Part shown: piece after piece, positions 1 through 12,959 of the stretch
Position numbering within the stretch: position 1 is the first letter of the stretch
Layout: every line of letters starts with the position of its first letter
Assembly (NCBI GenBank): GCA_964234715.1
Contig: OZ174277.1
Source: Podarcis melisellensis
Lineage: Eukaryota
Length of the DNA: 64,000 bases
Reading direction: 5' to 3' (one strand)
Notes under the pieces: model-generated
What the model was told of the DNA's origin: nothing
Seen by the model: the letters and a program-made list of their open reading frames with translations, nothing else
Databases searched by the model: none
Program-made: the position numbers and the translations under genes

Positions 1-828
1 TCTACCCCCCCCCATATAAATAAAATGGGAGGAAGCTGAGTAGTGGGCAGCTGTGGTATGACTTGCATCAAAGCATGCTTGCAGCCCAGAGTGTTTAAAA
101 GACTCTGCTGCAGCCGTGGGTCATTGTAATGAAATTCCACCTTAAAGGAGTGTACAGGTCACTGGCAAAGATAACTTAGGGCAAGCTCGGTGCTTCCAGC
201 AGGAGGATTGAGCCACATGTTCCCTTCCAGTTCTCTTATTTTACAGTCTTAAAATTCAGTGTGTGAACAAATAATTACACCACTGAACTGACGGTGGCTT
301 CTTCTTTTCTTAAAGGAGAAATTAGATCCTGTTACTTAAAGGCTGGCAGTCAAAAAGAAGGAAATATGCAAAATCCAGCACCCAACTATGATTGTATTTC
401 TCATGCTCAGTAAGTAAACTCTTCTATTAGAAAGTATTAAGCTGTTCCTTTTCGCATTCCCGTGGGTTGTGAAAGAATTATGCAGTGAACAAAAAGGCAA
501 AATGAGTACTTGAATCTGCTTTTTTAAAATCATAGCATTTTACCCCCTATTTTTATGGTATTTTATGATTAATTGTGCTTGCATATATTGCTGTGCAGGG
601 CCTTGACGTTTTATATGAGTGGGAGGCTTATACAAATTATTATAAATAAATGATTAAATAAATAAATAAAAAGGAAAAATGCCCTCAGGGCAATTTATGA
701 AGACCTTAATAAAAGATAGTTCATGTTCTCAAGGTTATAATCTAAAAGACATTGAACAGAAGGGAAAGGGTTTGGGAGAAAGAAGGAGAAAAGCAAGCCC
801 AGGCACTGGTTATTTTTTATTTGTGGTA

Positions 829-1026
829 CAGTGGTACCTCTACTTATGAGCACCTCTGGTTATGTATCCTTCGAGATACGCACGTGGCAAACCCGGAAGT
901 CTTTTTCTGAGTTTCGCCGCACGCGCATTCACAGAAGCACTCTATTGTGCAGTGCAGAACAGGCATCTCCAGTTGCAAAAACCTTGGGATCCGATCAGAT
1001 CTCATCTGCAACCGGAGTTACCACTG
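829..1026. mobile_element. Tc1/mariner (Tigger-like) MITE
   Basis: TA|CAGTGGTACCTC...GAGTTACCACTG|TA. Confidence 0.8.
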
Positions 1027-2577
1027 TATTGTGTATATAGGAAGAGTAAAAAAAAAGGGGGGGACTGCATTTCATGATAAGTTGTATATTCCAGTAACTG
1101 TTCTCGGTTTTGCAGAACTGTATATTGGGAACATAATTTTTAGGAAATGAATGTAGAACATGGGGAGCTACCTTACACCAAAGCAGGCAATTGGTCTGTC
1201 ACTCTCAGTACTGTCTATATTGTAGCCTATGTTTCCTGGGAAAATGGATGAATAGTTAAAGCAACTTTAACAAAGTAGACTTAAAACATGACTGTTTAAA
1301 GTGGTATGTTTGGATTTTTGAACCCCCCCCCCCAAAGCCCAACAACTTCCCCAAAAGAAGCTCAACAACTTTCTTTGGGTGATTTCCACCCCCAAAATAT
1401 GGCAACCCTACAGTGTATTTGGATCCTCAATCATAATAATGTCTCCTCATCAGCACACATGGTATATTCTGTTATATATGTTAAATGCCCTTTCTATTCA
1501 TATTGACTGAGAGAGGAGGGATGGGTCTTGCAGCATTCAGTGTATGGAGGAATTGCAGGGCAAAAGAACCAGTTTCATAAGAACGTGAGAAGAGTCTTGC
1601 TGGCTCAAACCAAAGGCCTCCTTAGTATAGCTTCCTGTTCTTGCAATGATCAACCAGATGTCTCTTGGAAGCCAAGAAGTAGGACATGAACACAGCAACT
1701 CCCTCCCAACTCATGTTCCTCAGCAATTGGTATTCAGAGGCATATTGCCTCTGACTGTGATGAGGTTGTATAGGAAGATTTTCCACCAGCCTTTGCTCTG
1801 ATACTTGGCTGAAGAAAATAATGCAAATTAGGTGTATGAATTGAACAGCACCATCTTGCGTTTCCATAAATAATTATGCTCCTTCCAGTTCCTCACTCTT
1901 TTATTTGTTACTCCCTCTTGATTTTCAGGTGTCAATTACAGTATGAAAATGATATATTTCAGGGCTATTTCTAGTTCCCTCAGTCTAGACAAAAGACATG
2001 TGGCCTCCTTGCTTACTTCCCTGCAGGGCTGGCCTTAGACACATTTGTACCAGGTCACACATAGACTGGGGTTGTGGCCATGCAAGCCCGAGGGAGGAAA
2101 AACTACTTTTATGATAGGACTGTTTAACTTCGCAAAAAATTATATTCTGCTGGCTTTATGTGTATGTCTGCCCGAAGTGAGAAAACTTGAGGCTGCTTTT
2201 CTGTCATGTTTGTATTCTGCCTTCCCTTGAAAGCAACTCAGGGTTGTGTAACTGTTATAGGGTGACTATTAAGATGCTGCTGTTATTGTAATTACTACTA
2301 CATAATGATTTATTTCTATGCTGCCCTTCCTCCCCTGGAGCCTGGAGCATCCAACAAGATGGAAAAATGCCTTGCATACAGTAATAAACAGCATCCTAAA
2401 ATACATAGATATATGAAATATTTAAAATCAGAAAAACATAGAAAAGTGATACCAAACTGTTGAAATCCCCACCAATGTTTATGTCTCCGTAGGCTAGACA
2501 AACAACAAGTATTCACATTAATTGTTAATTTGTGCAAACATATTCATTGGGTAAATCAGATAAAAAGCCATTATTTA

Positions 2578-3130
2578 CTGTATTTTTTGCTCCATAAGAT
2601 GCACTCTTTTCCTCCTAAAAAGTAAGGAGAAATGTGTGTACATCTTATGGAGCGAATGCAGGCGGGAGGCTCTGCTCAGCTCTCTCTTTAAAGTGTGTGC
2701 GGCTCTTGCTGGCTTTTCCGCGAGGTGGGAGAAGGGACTGACAGGCTGCCCTCTGTCCCTTCTCCCATCTCCCAGGAAAGCCAGAGCAAGCTGTGCAGCT
2801 ATCGCTGAAGCCAGCAGAGCAAGAGCAATAGCTGTGCAGCGGCTCTTGCTCTGCTGGCTTCACAGCGAAGCAGGAGGAGGGACGGACGGGAGCAAGCAAA
2901 GCACCTGTCCTGGTGTCTCCTCCTCCTCTTTTACAGTGAGGCAGGAGGAGGGATGGGCAAGCAAAGTGAGAGCTGCACAAAGCGGGAGAGAAGCCATGTA
3001 AGCGGCTCTCGCTTTGCTTGCTTTAAAGCCGCTTACATGCTCTGCGCAGAATATTTTTTTTCTTGCTTTCCCCCTCTAAAAACTGGGTGTGTCTTATGGT
3101 CAGGTGCATCTTATGGAGTGAAAAATATGG
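2578..3130. mobile_element. pogo/Tigger-type non-autonomous element with GC-rich interior
   Basis: TA|CTGTATTTTTTGCTCCATAAGATGCAC ... GTGCATCTTATGGAGTGAAAAATATGG|TA; interior related to the 63391 element. Confidence 0.75.
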
Positions 3131-4821
3131 TAAATTGCAGGGGCAACACATCCTGTTTTGTCATTTGAAGTGAAACTGCTCTGCTGTGCCACTGCTGCTA
3201 CCCCCCACCTGCTCCTGCTGCCTCCTATTCTGCCCCTACTGCACACCCTGCCACATCCACCCCTAGTGGATCGGTGCCAAATTCAGGCAAGACCTTGCCA
3301 ATTTTGGGTGAGATCTCATGGGGCAGGCAGGGCACCCACAGGCATGCAGCCTAGGGGGCTTCTGCCTCACCTTGCCTAATGGCTGGGCCGGCTCTAGTGA
3401 AATGCTCCCAGGGCAAATAGCAGCTCAAAATGGATGAAGATTTTCATTTGGATCAAGGGGTGTTCTGGTAGAAAAGACTTGTCAACGGTCATAAAAAGTC
3501 AGTGTGGTTATAACAGAAGAGGATAGAATGTTGTGCCATTACTTTCACTGCTTTTCAGTCTAACCTACCTCATTTTGTTGTTGTGAGGACAAAATGAGAT
3601 AATCTCATGCATACCATCCTGTCTCCTTGGAAAGAGGATGGGGTACAAATGGGAGATAGCCGCAGCCATCTTGCCATTCAGTCTCCTGCTACCACAGCGG
3701 CCACATAGATGCATCTGATAATTCACAAGCAGGTCACGATGGACGCAGCTACTCTATGTTGTCTATTAGTGATATCTGATCATCTGCTGGTGCTGCCTCT
3801 GACAGTGACAGCAATTGTACTTGAGCTTTCTTTACCAGGCAGACCTCCCACTCTCTTCCTTTTTGCACACTCGCAGCCCTTACTTTGACTGGCCTTGTGA
3901 CAACTTTATAATGTAAATTTCCCCATCATGCAGAGAGAATTCATTTGAAAGCCTCGTGATTAATTTGTCGTGTTTGTTTTGAGGGCACGTTACTCTTTCC
4001 GGTAGAAGTCAAAGCCTACAGGCTACAAAGAATTAATTGCTGCAAAGAGAGATTCTCTGCAAGTGGCTAGGAGGAAGGTTAATTTTAAAACATTCTGCTA
4101 AAGCAAGTTCTTAAATACTGCAAAATACAAGTGTGTCTGGCCTCAGGCATGTGGAAGAGTTTCAGTCTAGTTGCTCTGTGCACTTGGTTTGGATTCATTC
4201 CCCAAAGTAACTAGCTGCAGAATGCTCTGTACTGTACAAAGGCATCTGTCTGAATACCTTAACGGTATCAGAGATCTCCTGGGCAATTACATCCATATCT
4301 GACAGTTTTCAACATCACAATGCTCTCCAAACTCTCTGCAAATGTACTCTGCACTCCAGGCTTTTTTGCTGGAACAGAAGCAGACATTATTGTAAAGTTC
4401 TTTAGCACTGAATGGCATCAAAAAAGCAGGCTTCGTTTCTCCCCAGCTACCAAGGTGATTTTAAATGACAGGGACATCCTTCAATTCTAGCAGTAAGCCG
4501 CCGATCCTTATTACTGATGCAGAGCGGATGCTGGCATTTGACAGGTTTCCACTGCTACGCAGCCACACACATTTTCACCAATACACAGTGAAATTCTGTG
4601 GGATTATGGGATATGGAGGTTTAATTATTAACGGCAGCTAGGTGCCTCCAGGAGACGTTCATTCATAGCATTTTTATTCTTAAAATACACTTCTACACTG
4701 CAATCCAATGCAGATACATTTCACTAATTTAATCAGGGTTTATTCCCAAAAAAGCATATACAGAATTATAGCTTCAATACCTTTGATTGTTGCTTAAAAT
4801 GTCTGTTCCTATGATGTAAAA

Positions 4822-5177
4822 AAAGTTAAAGGATCCCTGGATGGTTAAGTCCAGTCAAAGGCAACTGTGGGGTTGTGACGCTCATCTTGCTTCAGTCTGA
4901 GGGAGCCGGCGTTTGTCCACAGACAGCTTTCTAGGTCATGTGGCCAGCAGGACTAAACCACTTCTGGCGCAACAGGACACCGTGATGGAAACCAGAGCGC
5001 ATGGAAATGCCGTTTACCTTCCCGCCACAGCAGTATCTATTTATCTACTTGCACTTCGTGCTTTGAAACTGCTAGGTTGGCAGGAGCTGAGACAGAGCAA
5101 TGGGTGCCCACCCCGCCGCATGGATTTGGACCACTGATCTTCTGATCAGCAAGCCCAAGGGGCTGTGGTCTAAACCA
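4822..5177 (-). mobile_element. Sauria SINE
   Basis: Reverse complement of the 59563 copy, including the ctatttatctacttgcact core. Confidence 0.85.
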
Positions 5178-8100
5178 TCTTTTCCTATGATGTATCTGAT
5201 CCAAAACTAGAGAGGAAGTAGGTGGAGCACATACAGCTCTGGGAGCGCAGGGACCACCCATCTATCTCCAGTGTCGAGAAACTTTCCATTCACACAAAGG
5301 AGATGTTTGCTCAGTATGTTTCCTGCATTTGAAGCAAACGGAGAAGGTACTGTGTCATTCTTTGTGCCCACTGGAACTGGAATTACAAATGGACCAAGAG
5401 AGGACCCAGCCTAGCCTTCTCCTGAGCCTTTAGCATCCACTTGATTTGTGGAAATGGCCAGCCAACGTTTTAGCCCTGCTCAGATCTGTAGATCTAGTTG
5501 CTTTTAAAGACACAGTAGATGTTGTGGGGCTTTTTTCTTTTTTAAAACAAATTAGCAACCCTAACTATAACTGCTGTTTTTTAATAGATACCCTCTAGAC
5601 ACATGAAACTCGTGTCATTGGTTGTGCTACAAATGAGTCCTCAGTGAAAGTTCAGCATAGAAAACTGGCTTATACCAAGTGACTGCAGTGTTTCATCTTG
5701 TCCAGCAGCTCTCCAGGGTTCCAAACAGGAATCTTTTCCCATCCTTACCTGGAGAATCCAGGGATTGTACCTGGGGCCTTCTGCATTCAAGCATGTGTAC
5801 CAGTAAAGTTCTACATCATGATGAAATCTAAGCAGTGACATAAGACTATTTCATGTTGGATATCTCCTTATGTTGTAGGAAAGCTCCTTTTAGGCTTAGC
5901 ATTTAAAGCTTCAGAGCTCTTCTAAAAACTCTATTTCATTATTACTATTATAAACAGCCAGTTTTTCTTCCTCGTTTCAGCCAGTCTTCCTTTCTGGCTT
6001 GGTACTTTCATGTGTCTCTTAGTATGGAAGTAAAAAATTCAGACAGCATTTATTCAAAAGTAATTGCTTAGAAATGATAAAGTAAAAAGAGTCTCCTTTC
6101 TGTAGTTAGTCTATCATGCCAAGATAATTTGAACTGTATCCGTTCTCTTCTCTCCCCCTCTCACAAATCAAACAACATATAATATATCCAATGTGGGATG
6201 TTCAGAGAAGGAGGAAAATGTTGCAGTTAGGTTTTATTGGCACTTGTTAATGTACTCAACAGCTGGCAATTTAGATCATGCCATAGAAGTCTACAGAAAA
6301 AGAAGAAAAGGAATGGGGGAAGCATTGCCACATGGTGGCAGCAAATGTCTTTCAAGGAGCCACTATCTCTGCAGTGATCTAAACTCTGGTGCATCATTTA
6401 GATTAGAAGGTCATAAGGGAGGGACATCAATCTTCTGAAGAAACAGGAGGGGTCTCTCGAGAAAACAGAATGGCAATAATTGTTATCTTCCTCATCTTGA
6501 TCTATCTTTTGAAGTATTTTTCAGAGAGTGCTAGTAAAGGTGATTGAAATTATTTGGGGTACAATCCAGAACAATTGCAGTTAACAAAGATACGATTTAA
6601 CAGCACTTGAAGATATGTGTGTCTGTATATATAAAATTTATTTACACTCCACCTTTTCCCCTAAAAAGACTCAGATAAAAATAAGAACTGCTAAAAACAT
6701 GGGGGAAACAATCATTAAATTAAAACTGCACACAATTCTCACTATCCAAACTCTTGTCATATGAAAATTCACTTATCCAAACACAACGAATTAGTCCCCA
6801 AAACTTGCTGTCCACACTGCAGATGCAGATATCCAAACAGCTGGACCTGCATTTAGTACTGTAAACAAATAAGCAGCCTTAACCAAGCCTTACTGTTTTG
6901 TGTTTTGCTGCTTCACAGCAGCCATTTCATCAGAAACCATGGGGCAAGGGTGGGTGGGGGGAGCATTTTTTCCTTCCTTGTTTGCCATTTGCAGAGTTTC
7001 AGAGGTTTTCCCTGGGTTTTCCCAAGGTTTTCCATCATTTTATGGTCAAATTCCCAGGGCCAGAAACGCATTAGAAATTAGAATAAGTGACTTGTTATGG
7101 GAATGTTCGCCAAATGATTTGCTGAGAATGCGTTGTGTATAGATAGTGAGATCTGTGTTTATATACATATTTTTTAAAATCTACAAAAATCACACCAGGC
7201 ATATGCCCGTCCCGTCTTAAAAGAGGCATCTCCCCACAAGATGGAATACCTCATTTCAGATGATGGGTGCCACCCTCAGCTTTCATATGTTTCTGTTTAA
7301 AATAGTTGTTGTTGTTATAGCTGCTGTCCAATTAATCTGGGATCGGCACCTTTTAAAATCAATCAAAACACTTTAAAAAAATCAATTGAGTGAACGGACT
7401 AGTCCACTAAAGATTGGCTTCATGGTCTTGTGCAACAAGTGTCAACAGCACATTATTTTTACATTACTAACTGAATAATTAACTAAGCAGGTTTTTAACT
7501 AGCAGGACAGTCCAGTGCATGTCTGCTCAGAAGGAAGTCACATTGAATTCATTGGGGCTTAACTCTCAGCTAAGTTTGCAGCCTGAAAGCTGAAATTTCC
7601 ATGTTCCTGTTCCATTTGCAGCCTAATTAAGAGTTGGTAGAGATTTCCAGTACCCTCCTGCATATGGTTTCTTGGAATTAAGCCGCATTGGTGCTTTAGT
7701 CCCTGGCAAGTGTGTTTTGAATGGTAGCCTTAAAAACTTGTTTCTCCATTTCAGTAGAATGCCTTGTGCATGCTGATTTTTTCCTGTATCTGAGGCCCTC
7801 TGTACTTGGATTAAAAAACACAGGTTTAGTCGTTTTGGTTCAAGCTACGTTCCCTGAAGCAACAGGACTTCCTGTGTACTGGTTATGGATACTCATGATG
7901 TACCTATAATGCAACAGATGCGCTAGATTGCTTTCCTTACCAAATTAAGCTATGTACAAAATCACACCGTAAATGAATTAATTTCCAGAGTGTCAGTAGA
8001 GGGCACTGTATACCTTTTGCATAGGTCATGCATACATAACATGCCTGTCAAGTAGATTGGTAGTTGCTAATTTACCTTTCGAAATGCATTCATTATTCCA

Positions 8101-8524
8101 TTGCAGATATTAATTTTCTGTGGTAGCTATTTACATAACACAGCAGATTTTTAGAAATACCAAACCTCTTTTTCAAGATCCTACATTTATTATATTTTTG
8201 GGGGTGCATCTTTTACTTACTATTTTATTATATACTTTAAATACTTATAAAACACTAACACGGTGTCTAGATTTCTTACTGTTTATGCACTGTCATCTGA
8301 GATGGTACTTTAAAAAATAAAGTCAAGTGTGTGAATATTATAGCATTCAGGCTGAACAGGCTTTAAACAACACAGGAGTGGGGGGTGGGGGGAAGGAACA
8401 TGCCAAAACTAAGTAGAGCAAGAAAAGAAGCAAAGGGGATGTGGCGCACCACCGTGATAGAGAATGTGCCAGGTGGATTGGGTACCCAATGTTTAGCAAA
8501 AACACATTCACCAAGTGAAGATCT

Positions 8525-8882
8525 AAAGGTAAAGGGTAAAGGGACCCCTGACCATTAGGTCCAGTCGTGACCGACTCTGGGGTTGCGGTGCTCATCTCGC
8601 TTTATTAACCAAGGGAGCCGGCGTACAGCTTCCGGGTAATGTGGCCAGCATGACTAAGCCGCTTCTGGCGAACCAGAGCAGCGCATGGAAACGCTGTTTA
8701 CCTTCCCGCCGGAGTGGTACCTATTTATCTACTTGCACTTTGATGTGCTTTTGAACTGCTAGGTTGGCAGGAGCTGGGACTGAGCAACAGGAGCTCACCC
8801 CGTCGCGGGGATTCGAACCGCTGACCTTCTGACTGGCAAGTCCTAGGCTCTGTGGTTTAACCCACAGTGCCACCTGAATCCC
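8525..8882 (-). mobile_element. Sauria SINE, near full length
   Basis: (aaaggt)-type tail, core and tRNA-like head ggattcgaacc on the minus strand. Confidence 0.92.
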
Positions 8883-8913
8883 AAATGGAGTTCTAGTGCA
8901 AGTTAAGGATTAA

Positions 8914-9611
8914 TGTCACTGATGGGCTGGATGCAGAGGAGCGGCTGGAGGCACCAGCCAAGGAACCCCCAAGGGAACTGCCAGAGGTTGAAGGCTCTGA
9001 ACGAGGGTGGGACGACAATGCACTCATTGGTGCATTGTCAGAGGTGGAAGGAGCAGACTGTTTGTGGTGGAAGCTGAAGAGGTAGCGAGTTTAGTGAACA
9101 GGAAGAGACTATGGCAGAGTACCATTCAGATGCCAAGACAGAAGAGGAGAAGAGTGAGGCCAGGAGGCAGAGAGGCTGGCTGCGGAAGATGCAGTCTCCC
9201 TCTCCTGCTGTGACCAGCTCCCCTCCTCCCGGCCTCCTAGAACACGCAGAAAAATGAAATGGGCAGAGCAGAGAAGGGTGAGTGCGCAGGCACAGCCTGA
9301 GACTGCATGGGAAATGTTATGTATTCAGCGGTTTGTTTGCCTGAGCTTGAGTCTGGACTAAGGCTTCTGAGCCCCTGTGTTCTGATTCGATACAGAACAT
9401 CACGGAACATTTCAACATTTGGGCCTCTGCCATTGGCCCTTAAACTCTGAGTCGTGATTCACAGCTTGGAAGTTTAGACAGCCAATCACGTTGGGGGTGG
9501 GAGTGGCCCAGGCCTTCAGGAATGTATATAAGCAGCTGCTTTGCCCCGTTGTCCAGTTCTGTTAGTTCATTAAAGGTTCCTGCTGTTATCACTGTGCCCT
9601 GCCTCATAGCA
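8914..9611 (+). mobile_element. Degenerate LTR-like remnants (probably two nested or adjacent solo LTRs)
   Basis: Purine-rich TGTCA-start segment encoding PRELPEVEGSE, similar to the Gypsy LTR frame; 9315-9611 has TGTTATG..CATAGCA ends, CCAAT, TATATAA and ATTAAA; no TSD found. Confidence 0.45.
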
Positions 9612-9950
9612 ACCCACCTACACTTCAGGAAGGACTCTGGAGATAAGGAGTGGGCACTGGGAAGGTGTCCCCACAATTGCTTCAACAAGGCAAAACTTCC
9701 TTGAAAGAGTTGCTGATGTCACTAGACTGCGTCTTAAATCCCTCCTCAATTGATCCCTTATGGCTCAGGTTCATGGCTTGTATCTACCAGAAGCCATACA
9801 TTCTGTATTGTGGGCCTAATTCTGTAGAACTCTGCCACAGCTGAGATCATATAGGCCCGCCTCCCTGTTGAACTTCAGACCTTTCTGCGATTAATTTAAT
9901 TGATTTAATCCACTGTGTGCTCTTTGTAATCTCACTGTACAATGCTTAGT

Positions 9951-11117
9951 TTGAATGACTACAGACCAGTTGCACTGACTCCAATCATCATGAAGTGTTT
10001 TGAGAAACTGGTGCGCCGTCACATTATTTCCTGTCTTCCATCAACTTTTGACAACTACCAGTTTGCATACAGGGCAAATAGATCCACAGAAGACGCTATC
10101 ACCACCACTCTCCATGCTGCTCTGTCCCATCTGGAGCAGCCGGGGAGTTATGTGAGGCTGCTGTTTGTGGATTTTAGCTCTGCTTTTAACACTATCCTCC
10201 CCCATAGACTGGTGTCCAAGCTAGAGGCGATTGGACTCTCCAACTCCACCTGTCTCTGGGTTTTGGATTTTTTGTCAGAACGTTCTCAGAGGGTTAGAGT
10301 AGGGTCACATATGTCCAAAGCCCTTAGCCTTAACACCGGCTCACCACAGGGTTGTGTGTTGAGTCCCCTGCTCTATACTCTCTATACGTATGACTGTACA
10401 GCCATCTATTCCAGCAACAAAATCATCAAGTTTGCTGATGACACTACGGTGGTGGGGCTCATTTCAGGAGGGGATGAGTCCGCCTATCGGGACGAGGTGG
10501 AGCGGCTCTGTGTTTGGTGTGGAGAGAACAATCTGGCTCTTAATACGGCTAAGACCAAGGAATTGGTGGTGGATTACAGGAAAAAAAAGGCGGACATTCA
10601 GCCCTTGTATATCAACGGGGAACGGGTGGAGAGGGTGGCGGAATTCAGGTTTTTGGGAGTGACTATCGATCAGGGCATGACTTGGAGCGCAAATACCACT
10701 GCTCTGGTGAAGAAGGCCCAGCAGAGAATTTATTTCCTCAGACTTTTAAAGAAGAACAATCTGAGTGAGAGACTGCTGGTGTCCTTCTACCGAGGCTCCA
10801 TAGAGAGCATTCTCACATACTGTATTTGTGCTTGGTTCTCCAGTTGTACAGCTAGGGAGAAGAAGGTGCTCCAGAAGGTCATAACCACAGCCCAAAGGAT
10901 TATTGGTCATCCTCTCCCATCTTTGGAAGAACTGTACGGTTCCCGTTGTCTTAGGAAAGCAAACAACATCCTGCAGGATTCATCTCACCCGGGATACAGT
11001 CTGTTTGCACTACTGCCTTCTGGCAGGAGATATAGAAACATCAAGTCAAGGACAAATAGACTGAAAAATAGTTTCTATCCAAGAGCTGTGGCCTTTTTGA
11101 ATGCTGTAACTCGATAG
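9951..11117 (+). CDS. Rex1-type reverse transcriptase plus C-terminal domain (N-truncated, no internal stop)
   Basis: ORF track 9942..11117; its ATG comes from flanking DNA. Confidence 0.85.
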   Translation: MNDYRPVALTPIIMKCFEKLVRRHIISCLPSTFDNYQFAYRANRSTEDAITTTLHAALSHLEQPGSYVRLLFVDFSSAFNTILPHRLVSKLEAIGLSNSTCLWVLDFLSERSQRVRVGSHMSKALSLNTGSPQGCVLSPLLYTLYTYDCTAIYSSNKIIKFADDTTVVGLISGGDESAYRDEVERLCVWCGENNLALNTAKTKELVVDYRKKKADIQPLYINGERVERVAEFRFLGVTIDQGMTWSANTTALVKKAQQRIYFLRLLKKNNLSERLLVSFYRGSIESILTYCICAWFSSCTAREKKVLQKVITTAQRIIGHPLPSLEELYGSRCLRKANNILQDSSHPGYSLFALLPSGRRYRNIKSRTNRLKNSFYPRAVAFLNAVTR

Positions 11118-11164
11118 TGTGACCTGGGAGTTTGATGGGTGTGGGTGTGGCTGGAATGTGGTTT

Positions 11165-11511
11165 CATAGGCGCCGACTCCATGGGGCTTGAGGGGGCCCG
11201 AGCCCCCTCAAAAATTCGTTTGGGGGGGCTCCGCCCCCCCAATAATCTCCGGCGCCCCTCCAGCAGAGCGCCATCGCCGCCCCTCCCCCAGCCCAAAATG
11301 CACAGGGAGGGGCGGGCTGCATGCCTCCTGCCCTCCCTCCCGAGCAAAAGCTCCACCCAATTTCCTTTGGAGCTGATTAATAGGCGCAGCACGCTCTCCC
11401 CTATTCGCTCACGAGGAGGCGGCGCCACTTTATTTGCATATTCATGAGCTTATTTATTATTCATGAGCTTTCCCGGGCCCCCCCAATATTTTTTATAAGT
11501 CCGCGTCCCTG
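11165..11511. mobile_element. Non-autonomous hAT-type MITE nested in the Rex1 3' UTR
   Basis: Perfect 8-bp TSD TGTGGTTT (11157-11164, 11512-11519); imperfect TIR CATAGGCGCCGACT / CAGGGACGCGGACT. Confidence 0.82.
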
Positions 11512-12020
11512 TGTGGTTTGTTTGGTTGTTGTTGTTGTTTTTGCTTTTGTTGTTTTTAAGGGATGGCATCCAATTTCGTTGCAGTTGTGCAATGTTGCAC
11601 TTGTGTAATGACAATAAAGAATCTATCTATCTATCTATCTATCTTAGACGCTCTGGTGATTAAGTGGTATATATATAGCTGGAATAAAATAAGCAAAATA
11701 TATTCACCTCTGCAAAGAAAGCATTCCCCATGATTTATGACTACTGCATTGCCGTCATCCTTGTATATAAAGCCTCTCTAAACTGTCTCTGTAACTGAGA
11801 TTCCCTATCCTTGCAAAATGCTACTTCCAGACAGTGACCTCTAAGGTACTGAGTGGCCTAGGTTTTAATCACTCTGCAGAAACTGGGGTGAGGTTTCATA
11901 AAACCATTTGGGGAGCTGCAGGTTGTACAAACACTCCCTCAAGCTCCATAGTCTTTTCAGTACCTTAATGAGGCATTCACTAAAAATTAATTCTAGTCCT
12001 TTATCTCCTTTTGTGCGCAG

Positions 12021-12153
12021 TGAAACCCATTTCAGCTCCTCTAGTACAACTACCTCAGAGAGCCAAGAAGCATCTTCTGATCATGGGCCAAGTGCGTTGC
12101 AACAGCAGCTGCTACTGATGGTGGCGCGGAGAACCCTTTCCGAAACCCAACGG
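12021..12153 (+). CDS. PCNX2: Pecanex-like 2 internal exon (ETHFSSSSTTTSESQ...LQQQLLLMVARRTLSETQR)
   Basis: gcag acceptor; CGG|gtaccg donor (weak); 133 nt, phase 2->0; peptide resembles recalled PCNX2 SSSSTTTSESQ..SALQQQLLLMVARRT and joins the next exon in frame. Confidence 0.85.
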
Positions 12154-12707
12154 GTACCGTGTAATATCTCAGTTCCTAACACTTCGTATAAATATGTCCC
12201 AGGGAAGGGGATTTCTTTTAAATGGGCCTTTTCTGTTATTGCTGGGATTAGGGTGACTTGTTTAATAGTCCTGTAAATATTGATGTACATACTTGACAGT
12301 TATTTCAGGATATTTGACTACTTTTGCATGCTTGTTCGGAAAAGATCCCTTAATACTCCCAGCAGGGAAGGAAGGCATTCCTTGCTGATGGGGCCAGAGC
12401 GAACCTTTTCTGAAACCCCCACTCTTGCTGATTGTCTGGATCAGGCTGATTATGTATTCATTGTATTAATATATTCATTTATTGTTCATTATCTCTTTAG
12501 TTAATCTCCTGATGAAGAGCTGTTTTGTCTTGAAATGTGTAAGGAGAGTTTGCCTTTGTGTAGGATACACTGAAGTGTATATATAAGTGAAGCTTTTGTG
12601 GGTTTTTGGTTCAAGGTTTGTGAATTGGCAAATCTGATAGAACTATTGCTTCTGTAGGATAGCTTTGGGGATGACTGCTGTGTGAGTATAGGTGGAGAAA
12701 TCTTATA

Positions 12708-12959
12708 CAGCCGTACCTTTGTTTTCGAGCAGAATGAATTCCGGACGTCCATCCCACTTCCGAAACGTTCGGAAACCAAGGCACAGCCTCCAATTGGCTT
12801 CCGATTGTGCAGGAGTGCCAAAAACAATAGCGGAAGCTGCATTAGATGTTTGGCTTCCCCAAAAATGTTTGAAAACCGGAACACTCACTTCCAGGTTTTG
12901 ATCATTTGGCAGCCGAAATGTATGAGTATCAAGGTGTTAGACAACCAAGGTACAAACTG
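12708..12959. mobile_element. Tc1/mariner MITE
   Basis: TA|CAGCCGTACCTT ... AAGGTACAAACTG|TA. Confidence 0.7.

Larger units (their letters stand above)
9950..11642 (+). mobile_element. 5'-truncated Rex1/Babar-type LINE
   Basis: RT ORF (YRPVALT, QFAY, FVDFSSAFNTI, GSPQGCVLSPLL, KFADD); 3' end aatgacaataaa plus (TATC)n tail; possible cttag TSD at 9945-9949 and 11643-11647. Confidence 0.88.

Noticed and set aside
9315-9611. Clean nested solo-LTR insertion
   Set aside because: TG..CA ends and promoter motifs are present, but the flanks (ggaaa/accca) show no TSD; kept only as a low-confidence remnant.
1-12020. Further upstream PCNX2 exons (e.g. AG..GT-bounded segments near 1929 and 7756-7823)
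   Set aside because: No recognisable pecanex peptide, and stops or phase incompatible with the phase-2 start of exon 12021; a poorly conserved exon could still be missed.
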